A DNA stretch of 63,518 nucleotides, filler included, from Sluysia triapertura (Eukaryota), in assembly GCA_046118255.1 (NCBI GenBank). It is 5 parts of 5 records of this genome, joined end to end, with 100 filler letters (N's around TTAATTAATTAA, not from the genome) between each part and the next. Parts side by side here need not be neighbours in the genome. Positions count along the whole stretch, not along the records: positions 1 to 11,316 come from JBJNIA010186068.1; positions 11,417 to 25,016 come from JBJNIA010029943.1; 3 more parts are not named here. The stretch is one strand, 5' to 3'. Below, in pieces: positions 1 through 12,351 of the stretch (its first letter is position 1; every line of letters starts with the position of its first letter). The position numbers and the translations under genes are program-made. The notes below the pieces were generated by a model. That model ran no database searches and was not told where the DNA came from. It worked only from the letters and a program-made list of their open reading frames with translations.

Positions 1-2004
1 AATCTAATTGGGACGTCATCTTTTGATATAAATCGTGCCTAATTAGTCGGACGGACTCCAGATCCATTTTGCATATAAGGAAATATCTTGCATTACAATT
101 TATTTACTTAGTTGTCGTGTTAGTTTGTGCTTAATATTATTAGTTTTTTCATCTATAACAATGTGATATTTAATTATTGTTAGGGATTCTAGCGTTCGTC
201 ACAAAACCATAGAATAACTTAGAGAATTGATTACAAATACAAAATTTACTTCAATCCAGACTCAATATTTTTAAATTCCAAACATCTCATTGCTTAAGTC
301 ACAAATTGTAATATTTTAGTTAAATAAACATCTATGTGAAAAATATGAACTGAAATTTTTTGTAAAAAATGAGGAAATTTATGTAAAAACTTAATTAAAT
401 CAAATGCTTGTTATCAAATGCATTTATTCTTGATTAGTAAATATATCCAGATACCACCTTAATATAATATTCCTTGTAGTATGCATGTAAAGTAAAATAA
501 TTATACATACTCAATATCTTTAATGCCAAATTTCTATCAAAATCATTATGTTATTCAATAAATTACAACCTATAAATTATAAGTTAATAAAACATTAAAA
601 CTTTCTTTAAATTAAGTCACTAAAAACAAATGCTTGTGTTTTTCTTAATCTTAACGACTAACAAATTAATTTTTTACTTATCAGGATCGCCTACGATTAA
701 CCGTTTTACGTAGGATTTGAATAATTAAACTTGATTACTTGACAAATCTCATCCTCAAAAATTACTTGAAGCTATTTAAACGGAATTAGTGATATTTGAA
801 TATGATGACTCTCGTTAATGAGGCTAGAATTACTATTCGTAAATAGACCGAGTAAATACTTAAGAGAATGGAATCTCTCTAACTAAAACAACAAATTTTT
901 AAAACTTTATATAATTAATTAATTAATCTCCTCCAAATTAACCTTAAACCTCAATATATTCTACAATTGATTAAGATTCAATTTTAAATTAGTGAGAAAT
1001 TCTTTACATTTAGTATCTTATTTCTTTACTATTGACAGTTTCAATCTTAAAAATATTTTTATCAAGTCTTAAATTACTCTAACTATGCTTAAATATTAAA
1101 TGTTCTTATAAGAAAATGTTTCATTGCATGGTTATTCGATGAAAATTTAAATTTTATGGAATTACAATTAAAAGAATGAATTTCAATAATATCTCTAATA
1201 ACGGAATATCTTTCAATAAAATTTTTGTAAATTATTGAACAAAAATAACCAATGAAGTCTGATTTATTTTGAACTATAATTGATATAAAACATATTGAGA
1301 AACTGACATCTTGAATAATGAAGGAAAAGAACAAATGTTAATAACAGAATCCAAAGTAATTGTACAAGTTGATACTAAACTTTACTTTAGCAATTGCATA
1401 ATTCGATAAATAGATTGATCGATTAATGTTAATTTTCCACGTTGGTGGTACACTTCTTTCACGTTGACTGTTTTAGTTTTCTCTTCGTGGACATATGCGT
1501 TGTTTATAAACTATAATTCTTCATAGATCTCGTTAACTTTATGAACACGAAAATTAATCTTGCTAATTTGGATAACTTTATATAAAACTAATTTTTCACT
1601 TGAATCTAATGTATCTTCATTTAAGTACCTTAGTTTATTAATGTAAACTTTATTTATACTTGGCTTAATAATTTCTTGAAATAGTTCTAATTTATTTGCA
1701 TAAGTATTAATTAAGTTAAATTTGCTAACTTCACGAAAGAACTTGATTTTGTTTAGGTAGACGTTACCTTTGGTCGATTTAATCAGTTAACAATATTAAG
1801 TCTGCCAATAAACATAAATTTAAAGTGTTATTCAACTTAAGTGTTGATTTAGTAAGTTTGTGCAATAACTTGTTTACTTATAATGCGTTTAAAGTGCTCA
1901 ATAACAATAAAGAGACTTTGAGATAGTTCTATTTCAAACATATTATGAAGAACAATGCGTTCAGAACGCTTTTGAGTACGTATTTTTTATAGATATTAGC
2001 GCCA

Positions 2005-2052
<48 letters not shown>

Positions 2053-2307
2053 GGTAAGGTATTAAATTAGTGAATAACAAAGTAATACACCCATTAATGT
2101 AGCATGGAAATATCATATTACACATCAAACGAAGTACAAGCTCTTAGTATTGGCGCTATGAATTGTAAACATAGCATCAATTGTAATATGATATGAGTAA
2201 TATAGAAAACTATTAAATACAAGTGCTATAGTATAATGTTACATATTGAACGCGCATAATACAGAAATAGGGCTAAACTGACATAAGATACAATTATGTA
2301 TTAGTAT

Positions 2308-2465
2308 TGTAGTGGCCAACCCATTAATTTTAACAAATTTTATTCTAAAGATTTCAAAACCATACAAACTTTCAAAATATACATTTTCAAAAATTCATTA
2401 AAAACATTTTTTACATAATCCTATGTCAATATAACACTCACCCCCAAAATCTACAACTCACTGTT
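2308..2465 (+). repeat. Dispersed repeat end beginning TGTAGTGGCCAACCC (inverted partner ends at 4794)
   Basis: About 150 bp of degenerate similarity to the reverse complement of 4640-4794 (TGTGATGGCCAACC...); the same terminus occurs at 52310-52324. Confidence 0.65.
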
Positions 2466-2555
2466 GTGAGGTGTTTAAGATTAATATAGTTTTTATAATT
2501 TAAATTTAATTTATAATTACTTTTACGAATTATATGATCAAGTTTCATTAAAATT

Positions 2556-3862
2556 TTATTGAAAATAACAAAATAAAACTTTATTTATGGAAAGTTTTAA
2601 TTTTGATACTTCACTCCTATGTATGATTCTTTTTCTTATCGTTTCACTCTCTAAAAAAAATTGATAATAAAAATAATAGATAACACTAAAGATATCAAAG
2701 TTATAACTATTTACCTTGATGTTGTAGTCCATTAAAATATTGCGAGATGTAATACTCTTTAGTAACTCTATAATTCTTTGTGAGTGTCTATTGTAAGTTG
2801 TTTCATCTTTATTGCTGATCGTCAATTCTAGAACAGAATGAGTGTAACGACAGAACATTCCATGCATTAAGCAAATATCTTTGTTGTCGGTAGAAGCTGG
2901 ACATAGGGCAGCTATACGACCAATTTTTTGATTATTGAACACGTAATATTCATGCTCATTAGCATTAAGTCTAGAGTCATCACGTTTATCATCATTAGGT
3001 GAACAAAAATCATCATTACTATTATTATACACTTCATAAACCTTAGATTTATTTTTATCATGTTTATAAATATTATTATCATCAAGAAAATTAAATACAA
3101 TTAATTTATAATCATAAAATTCGTAAAGACATTACTTTTATTTAAAAAATCGACTTTATACTATTTGAGTTTATGGATATTATCTTCGCAGCAGTAAAAG
3201 GAATCATCATGTGCTTTACTGTTGTTAACTTGATTATCGACATCTTTCTTCCTAGTTTGCGTGACATCATTTCCAACACTGTTATCTTTATTGTCATTAG
3301 GGTTATCATTGTTAGCTTCATAATATTCGACTTCGACATTATTGACTTCGCCACTGTCACATTCAAGATTGTTATTTTGGAAATCGTTGTCTCTACTATT
3401 GCTAATCGCGTTATACTGATCTTCAAAATTATATGCTCGAAAGTTTTCGATGTTATCATCACTAATTTTATTCTTATGGTCTTTAACATTAATAACTATA
3501 ATATTATCATCTTTAGTGTTGTCAATCAGGTTATATTTATCTTTATAATTACATATTTGATAGTTGTTATATTCAACATCATTAACTTTATTTTGATCAT
3601 CTTTAACATTTATAACTGAAACCTCATCATCTTTACTGTTGTCAATCAGGTTAAACTTATCTTTATAATTGCATATTTGATAGTTGTTATATTTAACATC
3701 ATCAACTTTATTCTGATCATCTTGAGCATTTATAACTGTAACATTATCATCTTTAGCATTAATAAGTGGTATCATTTTTTCATAACCACCAAGATTAGTG
3801 TTTTCCTTTAATTAAATTAAGATCGCTAACTCCATTTTGCTTTTGGATTTGTCAGAAGCCAT
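2556..3862 (-). pseudogene. CCCH zinc-finger family copy 1 (N-terminal 40-aa acidic repeats plus C-x9-C-x6-C-x3-H finger); disrupted or spliced
   Basis: Finger CPASTDNKDICLMHGMFCRYTH at 2903-2838; GT-AG intron 2714-2651. Upstream ORF 3775-3161 is in a different frame, so a frameshift or an unresolved intron separates them. Confidence 0.65.
3385..3765 (-). repeat. Coding tandem repeat, 120-bp (40-aa) unit, ~3 copies
   Basis: NAKDDNVTVINAQDDQNKVDDVKYNNYQICNYKDKFNLID / NSKDDEVSVINVKDDQNKVNDVEYNNYQICNYKDKYNLID / NTKDDNIIVINVKDHKNKIS... Confidence 0.85.
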
Positions 3863-3899
3863 GTTGTAATGAAATTGTGAAAATTTTTAGTTCCAGTAA

Positions 3900-4095
3900 T
3901 TGTTGATTGGTCATCCAACCAAAAGCATTTACAAGAAAAACACAGTGATACATGCTGATTGGATGGCCAATAGCGAGATACATAAAATAAAGATAATTGA
4001 TGAATAATGAAATCACACTGTGATGACAGCCATCATCAACAGTGACATGAAATTATAAATATAAACCAAAATGTCACTGCTGATGATGGCAGTTA
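3900..4095. promoter_or_regulatory. Putative promoter block of CCCH copy 1: two TGATTGG-n4-CCAA palindromic motifs plus a 20-bp inverted repeat
   Basis: TGATTGGTCATCCAA (3904) and TGATTGGATGGCCAAT (3956). Inverted repeat GCCATCATCAACAGTGACAT (4029-4048) / ATGTCACTGCTGATGATGGC (4071-4090), 19/20 match, 22-nt spacer. Regulatory role is inferred. Confidence 0.45.
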
Positions 4096-4329
4096 CTCAA
4101 GTTGATTATGGGCTTCATTTGAAAAATAATGTAAAAATAAAATGAATGAAAATAAAAATGGTGATAGTAATAATAATAACAAAATGTTAAGAGATTCATA
4201 TAATATAGTTATATAGAAATGAAACTTCTTTATCTTTAAGGCTTTTAACACGAACTGTCTTTTACATCCTTAATTTCTTGACATAGTAGACTTAAAAACA
4301 ATTAAACTTTGGTGAATTGTGAATTTACG

Positions 4330-5160
4330 ATGTTAAATATCGGGATATGTTGAGCTTAAACTTAGAATGTTTAGATCGGTTGAAGATGTTTGTTGGTTAA
4401 TATCGGACGTAATTGTGCTTGAATCATTAAGGGATGAAAAATATAATATTTTGAATGAATTTTTTTAATGTGATTTAATGGTTTTGAATGTAATAATGGT
4501 TTGGATGTTATGAGATTGTGGGTTTAATTGGTTTTAGCGGATGAAGATGTTTTAGTGGATGTAAAAGAGAAAAATATGGGAATGTTACAATGTTTAAGAA
4601 TATGGTTTTATGTACAATAGGTTAATTTAGCTTAATGTTGTTTTCTGTTGATTTTTGAATGTGATTTGTAGTTTTTGAGGATGAATATTAAGTTGGCGGA
4701 AGTTAATGTAAGGGGATATTTTTGATGAATGTTTTGTGACTATATAAAATAATTTTTTAATAAAATTTATTAAGAAAAAAGGTTGGCCATCACACTCACA
4801 TTTTTAAATTCACAATTCAGTACAAAGATAACTAAAATCATATCCTTTTCAACACCACATAACAACCTTGTAAAATTCGTCACAACCGTTTCTATATCTT
4901 AGTTCTTTTCAGATCCACCAAAATCAACTCTCATTTTTTCAAAACATTTCACATCTACAATCTCATAACATACAAACCACAATGACAATCAACACCATCA
5001 ATTTACATTAAGAGATTCATCAAAAATATTTTATTCGACATTTCATAACAATCTAACTAAAACCACATTCGAAATTAACTACCAGACACCTTCAAATTAA
5101 TTCAAACATTTATGTTATTTCAAAATAAGTAAATCTTAACCTTTCAATGCTCAAGCTTAC
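4330..5160. repeat. Two head-to-head diverged copies of a strand-skewed repeat forming an imperfect palindrome
   Basis: A G/T-rich arm (4330-4794) and a C/A-rich arm (4795-5160) align in inversion, e.g. CACAATCTCATAACATCCAAAACCA vs TACAATCTCATAACATACAAACCA. Confidence 0.65.
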
Positions 5161-5390
5161 CTTCAGCTAAAAACATTAATTCATTTATTCTAGCATCCAC
5201 ATAAAGCATTCATATTGTTCAAAATATTTAACACCTAAATTTATTTTCACTTGAAATGAGTAAATAGCATTAAAAATTACACTAAAACACTTTACGTATT
5301 ATCTTATAACATTAGTATTAAAAATTAGCAATATTAAAGGACTGAATAGTTGTTTAGTAAAAATAGATCAACCTATTCTTAGGAAGGAAC

Positions 5391-6438
5391 ATGTTGATAA
5401 AAAGAATGTGAAGTATGTATGCCCCTTAAAAGAAATTAAAAAAGATGATCATTATATCAGTACTGGACATAACAATATTTTTATTTACTTGAAACGACAG
5501 TAATGAGACAGAATGTAAAATAATAAAGATTTCAGATATGTTGTTGAGATACAGAACGAGGTGATCGAAACGTATAGAATCAATGAAGTTCATCATAAGA
5601 TCGAAGAAATAATTGACGGTTTTAAAATAGCATTTAAACCCCATGAATATAGAATAGTAACCAATTGTGGGGTTGGTGATGTAGTTTTATGTAAAAATAA
5701 ACATGGATTAGGTTCCAGTGGAGAAATAAAGTGGATGGATTTTGATCAAGTTGAATATTTTAGATTTGGAATTGAAACTTACAATTATCATCCTGATGGC
5801 ACGAACAGTACATGTTACGATAAATCATTTCTTTCTTATAAACACAGATATGAGGTTATAGTGAAATCACATTTGGTAAACCACAAGTGAATATTGCAAT
5901 GGATGCGTTAAAATCTGGAATCTATTAGAACTAGCGATGATGATGGCAATTTTTCTCAAAATATGCAATTTCCAGTCTTAGATAACATTATACCGTAGAA
6001 CATACATTATCAAGTTGTGCAAATGATCGACAAACGACTTCACAGAATTATGATATATTAAAAAAAAGAAAATATCAAGGAGCAGTCAGTAAAATGTAAA
6101 AGTGAATTTATCAAGAAGGCATTCTGCCCATTCAGCAGCGATCACAATGGCATTTGCATAAAGTATGGAATTGGTTGCATATATGCCCACACAGTTAATC
6201 AATTGGTGTCTACTAAGGAAAAAAACATGAACTGCGATTACCATCCTTCTAGAGTAGAGGAACTTCTCATGAGTCTCAGATCACCGATTCGAAATTCGGC
6301 AATTGACTCATTCATCATAGATAAACAAAAAAGTAAATAATTTTTATAGTTCTATTGATGATATTATAATTTTCTATTGTTATTCAGATAGTGAAAAGTG
6401 GAATTACATTGAAAGCATACACAAGAGTGGATCAGTAA
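5391..6438 (+). pseudogene. CCCH zinc-finger family copy 2, with in-frame stops and frameshifts
   Basis: KAFCPFSSDHNGICIKYGIGCIYAHTVNQL (finger 6125-6190), then ...SRVEELLMSLRS. Intron 6333-6387 (GTAAAT...TTCAG). In-frame stops at 5996 and 6059. The 5' boundary is approximate. Confidence 0.7.
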
Positions 6439-7920
6439 AAAATAAAATTATTATAAATAAATTTTAATGTAATTTGTATTTGTTATTTATGAGTTTAGAA
6501 ATCGTTTTTGTTTTATAATTTTAAAAAATAAAATTTTAATAAATCTAAGTAAATGGCTTAACACGAATAAAATAAATAACATTATAAACCTAATTTTTAA
6601 TTCAAAAATCATAAATTATATTAACCCACAACAAGTATAAAGAATATCTAATTGGATAATAGGTAAAATAATAACCACTTAAAACAAGGTAATATGAACG
6701 AGTTAGATAAAATTTAGTATATAAAGGATTGAGAATTGTATTGCGATCACACACACAAAATAAATCGAATTATAAGTTAGTAGAAGCTACAAGTTAGTGT
6801 CGCAGCTATTCGGTTAAGTGTGAGAACATAAATAAGTAAATGAAACACACTTTCTCAACATTTTAAGTGTTTAATATTAATATTTTAATATTAAATAATA
6901 GTAATATTTTAGTAATATAATAATATTGAGTAACAAAAGTTAACCTATTTATCTTTCCTAAATAGACATTGTTTAAAAAATTTTATTATTTGGATTAATA
7001 AAAAAATTTCATTTGAAAGATTTTGTTATTTGGGAAACATATCTAATTTAAAATTTATTGATCCATTAATACTTACTCGTGTCAGCGTTCAAGATCGAAA
7101 TCTTTTAAGTTTACGTCAGTTTGTTATTATATGTTTCGCTTACTTAAGAAAGCATAAAATAATTTTAATTTATTAAAGATACCATAACATATACCATAAC
7201 ATACATATTTATTTATATCTATTTATCTAAAATAACCTTTTGTTTACTTTTTATATCTATTTAAGAGTGAAAATAGTAGATTTTATTTGGATAAATAAAT
7301 ATTGATCATTAATTTAAGAATAAATAAACTGTAAAAAATTTGTTCAAGTAATTAAAAGGTTAATATTATTTAAAGATTAGTATGAGCACTATCCTTAATA
7401 TTTAAACTGAATTAACGTTAAAGAAAAGAGATTCAAAAAGGAATTGATCAAAAGGCGCTTTTATTAGCAAGCATCATAAATTTCATAGTAAAACCAATCT
7501 AATATTGTAAGTTTCCAACTAATTCTACAAATTTGTTAGAGAAATATTTTATATAAAATTCCTAAGCTCGTATACATTATTTAGTTAAGGAAGTTAACGA
7601 TTATATATTTTCGCTTATATCATTATTTTTGTACCTTAAACATTAATATTAATAAATCATTATATTTATTAATTACTACTTTACTACTTGCAAAATATGA
7701 ATTAACTTAAACTTAAAATTTTTTGTAATAGTAAACATTAGCTATTTTTATATTGCTTATAAACTTTTGAATTCATTGTGTTTTTTCTATCCTAAGACAC
7801 AAAGGCGGATAAAAACTTTGACTCTTAATATTAAACACGTTTAGGTTAGATTTACCAGTCGAAGACAACAATAACTTAAACAAACTTGAGTTTTTCAAAT
7901 TAATAAATTAAATTTTCAGC

Positions 7921-7981
<61 letters not shown>
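7921..7981. repeat. (ATT)n microsatellite
   Basis: About 20 perfect units; similar tracts at 2025-2052 and 17425-17487. Confidence 0.95.
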
Positions 7982-9079
7982 GCTATAAATAAATAGTACA
8001 AATAAATAGTTGTCTGAACAAATAGTTAAAATAAAATAATAATACTGAAATACTGAAATAAATATGTAAGATGAAACAATTTATAATGCTAACTGAAATA
8101 AATGCAGAAAGAAATTAATCAGAAAAAAATTTGCGAAAATTACTATAAGAGTTCTTTTCACTGTCTATTTCACTTTTTTAACTTGGTGTATGTAGTTATT
8201 CAATTATTAACGAAAAGCATTTGGCATATATCGTGATTCAATTATTAAAAGAAATATATATTGTTCTATTATTAATGTAAATGTATCAAAAAAAATTAAT
8301 ATGTAAATGTTAAAGACCTAATGTAAATTTTGAAATGTTAAATGTAATTCTCATACAATTTTTGATAAAAACTGTAAAAATAGTTATTATTTATTAAAAT
8401 TATTATTCTTGAAATTATATTATATGATTATCAAAATCATATTTGTTAAAATTATCAAGATTACTAAAAGTACAAACATATAAATGATGATTCAGTTGAA
8501 TAAGTAACTTAATATGTGCAACATAATAAGGTCATAACCTGAAGAAAATATATAAATACGAATAATTTCATATACATTTTTACAAGTTTTGTGATTTTTG
8601 TCAAACTCTTTGAAAGTTGAGTGATATTAACAAGAAAAGTGACGTGAAGTTGTAGTTCTTTAATAAATACGTATGCAGTGATTTATAATATTTTAATTCG
8701 ATCGGTCAATCTCCAGAAAGATGTTATTTAGTAATTACAACTTCAATATTGGTTAATTTGGAAAAAGAATATCTACAATTCTTGCTATTCAACTCTTTCG
8801 TTAGTTTTAACATTACTAGGCAATCTATTTTAATTAAAGCTCTAAAATCTAACTTAAACTATTTATATAATTTTTTAGTAATTATTTAAATTGAATTCTA
8901 AATAAAAATTTACAATTAGTCTTTATCTATTGTAATAAGTGATACAATTAATATTGTAACATTCATTTATTTTTAAAATTTTTTATTTCTGTAACATAAT
9001 TAATATTCATTTATTTTTTATTTTAAATTTTCAAATTTTTTAAAGTTTTCCATTTATAATTTAAATTCATTTAAAATAA

Positions 9080-9480
9080 AATTAATTTCAAATAAAATTA
9101 AAATCATTATCATTAAGATTATAATGGTTTATATCAATTAAAAATGAGATTTAATAGAATTAATATAACTTCAAAATTTAATAAACAGCAACTAATTTTA
9201 AATTAAAATCAAATAAATTGTCATTTTTAAATAAGATTCCATAAAGACACTAAAACATCAAACTTTAAGAACATAACGATCATTTTAATACGTAAGTTAA
9301 AATCATGTTAAACTGAGATTTAATAAAACTAGTATGTAAATAAAAATTAACAACATTATTCTCGATCAAAATTAAAGATTGGGTATAACAGAGAAATTAG
9401 TATATCAAAATTCAAAGTATCATAACCGACAAAAATCATATTAAAGTGAGAATATAAATAATTTATAATCAAAATTTATT
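9080..9480 (+). repeat. Dispersed AT-rich repeat, copies at ~41660-41890 and ~54380-54780
   Basis: Shared blocks AACTTTAAGARCATAA and CGATCAAAATTA; AAAATCATATTAAA is shared with the 41.8 kb copy. Confidence 0.6.
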
Positions 9481-10279
9481 AACAACTTCAGACGAAAGGT
9501 AATAGCTATTATGACTTATGAAACTATTATTACTTGTTGTGCTAGTTATTACTACTCATTAAATTTGTACTATCAACTATTGTTATTATATATTAACTAT
9601 ATGTTGATGAAATTATAATTTAGTAGTTTCACTACCATTTATAAAATTAATATAGAATAAAAATTAAAAACAGTATAAATAACAACAAATTTTCTACAAA
9701 AACACAATTAACTGGAAGAGTTACAAATTTTTTCATAAACAGATAATTTTTTGGTATTTTCATCAAATTTTGGTAGCATCTTTGAAATTCACCTGGTTAA
9801 TTGAAGATCAATAATATTCTGGAATCTATTTGGGCAATTTAAGCAATATATAAATCATTTTTATTAATTGTTAATCTAAATGATTGTTAATAAGTAAGTA
9901 ATAATTGTTAATTTTATCTGAAGATTAATATACTACATTTTATCACTAATTATAATATTAAAATTTGTCAGTTTTATTAATATTTATCAAACTGTCTGGT
10001 TTAAATAATAACTCTACTTTTATTGTTGAAGTAATTGATTATTTGATTAATAAATTTTCTCAAATGAATTTGTTTTGTTAATTAAGTATCAAAAACAAAA
10101 GGAGAGAGCCCTCAAAGGAAAAATAAAGTAAAACAAAATAGTATTTGTTTCAAAATTGAATCCTAGTATTCTCACAAAATAAAATAGAGTAAAATAAAAT
10201 AATATTTATATAGTAATCAAAGTCGAATCCAAGTATTCTCGCAAAATAAAACAAAGTAAAGTAAAACAAAAACTTAATT

Positions 10280-10485
10280 TCGGGTTTCCATTTCAGATTA
10301 CCGAACCGAGTATCCGATTCCACGTGTTATGGATAAAATAAATTTAAAGCATAAATATTAATTATAAAGGAGCCTAACGATATAAGGTAAAATAATTACT
10401 AAGAGAATTTAAGTTGCTATTGACGAATAATACTTTGTACAAGTGAAGATATTTAGACTATTGTCGAAGACTAAGGTGCATTTTA
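10280..10485 (+). repeat. Dispersed repeat, second copy at ~33738-33893
   Basis: TTTCCATTTCAGAT...TTTAAGTTGYTATTGACGAATAATA...AAGTGARGATATTTARACTATTGTYGAAGACTAA is shared. Confidence 0.75.
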
Positions 10486-11316
10486 ACTAAAGCAATGCAG
10501 TATAAAGTAATTTAAAAACATTGAAGAGTAATAACATTTAGTAAACATTATATTAAAGAATTCTAAATTTTACAGTCATAAAAGATCACAGTTAAAATTA
10601 AAAATTAAGTGAGCATATTGATAAAAGGATTAAAATATTATTACAAACAAGAATCCATAGAGAATTACAAAATCTATAGAACGTAAGAGAGCATTCAAAG
10701 ATATTTAATTTCTGTAAATAACAATCAAGCCTATAATTTTATAAATTTTACAATATTAACTATATTATATATAACATTGTCTAATTCTATATCAGTAATT
10801 GTGTAACGATTATAAATTAATATTTTTATCATTAATAAATTTATAGAAGTTAAAAATATGCTTATAAGTTAGGATTCGAATGGGACGTATATCTTACCAC
10901 AGTTAATTAATTTATATAGATTTAATAAGTATAAAATCCAGGGCTAAGTAATAATTTTATTGAATATATTAATTTAATTGTCCAGATCCTATTTAAAAGT
11001 TTGTAATCTCATACAAAATACTTAATTTTGTAAATACACAACAATTAATAAATTTAGAATAAAACACACAAATTTAGATCAATAAATTTAGAATAAATTT
11101 AGAAACACACAAATTTAGTTTCAATATGTAAAAATATGTAAATATTTAGTTTTAATCAATAAATTATATGTAAATATGTTTAGTTCACACAATAAATTTA
11201 GAAACATACAATATTTAGCTATTTAAAAAATTGGATTAGCAATAAAATTATTTTGGATTAATTATCAATAAAATTATTTAATAATTGGAATAATATAGGT
11301 AAGTCATCATCATTTT

Positions 11317-11416
11317 NNNNNNNNNNNNNNNNNNNNNNNNNNNNNNNNNNNNNNNNNNNNTTAATTAATTAANNNNNNNNNNNNNNNNNNNNNNNNNNNN
11401 NNNNNNNNNNNNNNNN
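11317..11416. other. Artificial assembly spacer (44N-TTAATTAATTAA-44N); also at 25017-25116, 39720-39819, 51899-51998
   Basis: Identical 100-nt structure four times; the 12-mer puts stop codons in all six frames. Confidence 0.95.
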
Positions 11417-12133
11417 TTATTTAAAATAAAATTTGTAATCCAGAGCTTACAATAATAGTTTGTAATTAAATAGCGTAAAGATAAAAATATTTACAGTATT
11501 GATCTTCAGTTACTTGACAAAGCTTTAAAATCCTACTCAAACGTCCATTATAGGTAAATCGTTTAACGTAGGCGGACCCAAAATCTAAAATTAACATTTT
11601 TTATAATTGTTCAGGTAATAAGAAAACCGAACAGTCACATAATAACGAAATTAACATTTATAATTGAATTGAAATAATTTAGACCGAGTAAAGTAGTAAA
11701 AATAATATTTAAATTTATACTAAAATAATACAAACGTATAATATGGATATTTTTAAAATGTGGAGAATAAGTAAAAAAATATACCGAATGATAGAGCAGC
11801 TCTACCTGTATATAGATTTGGATAAATATGGCATAAAAATATCTCAAAATATAAATAAATAATAGACAATAGAAAGGCTACGTGAACTGATTTAACAGCT
11901 TTATAAAATAATAGCATATGAAAATATGCCTTTAAAACACTTGAATGTATGTCATATAATTTATCCATATATAATATATGATTTGTTTTACCTGTGTAAT
12001 CTAATGTAGCATCAAATATACTTTCATTAAAATTTTTTTTCATAAAATATTTAAACTTTTTAACATTATGAAATATTATAGTTTTATCTGAAATATAACC
12101 AGTATATATTAATTTAATTTTAAAACATTTTAA

Positions 12134-12351
12134 TACCGTAAAATCCCATACATGGTCTCACCCTTGTATAAGCCGAACATTATAAATTTTTTAAAACGAT
12201 CTTTGTTTTAAATCTTTCTTTAAATACTATGTTAAACTTCACTTTTCACAAACTAAAGTTGTTTTTTTTCTCTTGTTTTAAAATCTTGTGTATAAGTAAA
12301 TATTTTTAAAAAAAACAACTTTTTTGTAGATATGCCACGGCTTATACGGTA
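12134..12351. mobile_element. Possible Tc2/pogo-type MITE
   Basis: Ends TACCGTA...TACGGTA; GTATAAGCCG near the left end recurs inverted (CGGCTTATAC) at the right end. Confidence 0.45.

Noticed and set aside
3142-3619. Overlapping hydrophobic ORFs 3173-3619 (+) and 3142-3489 (-)
   Set aside because: Shadow frames of the Asn/Asp-rich repeat ORF.
1380-6070. Frequent in-frame TAA/TAG suggesting stop-codon reassignment
   Set aside because: The tektin exons and the 340-aa ankyrin ORF contain no in-frame TAA/TAG, and the broken genes also carry frameshifts; ordinary decay explains it.
11361-11372. Palindromic TTAATTAATTAA recurring four times
   Set aside because: Always centred in 44N flanks, so it is an artificial six-frame stop linker. 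ORFs spanning N runs were also disregarded.
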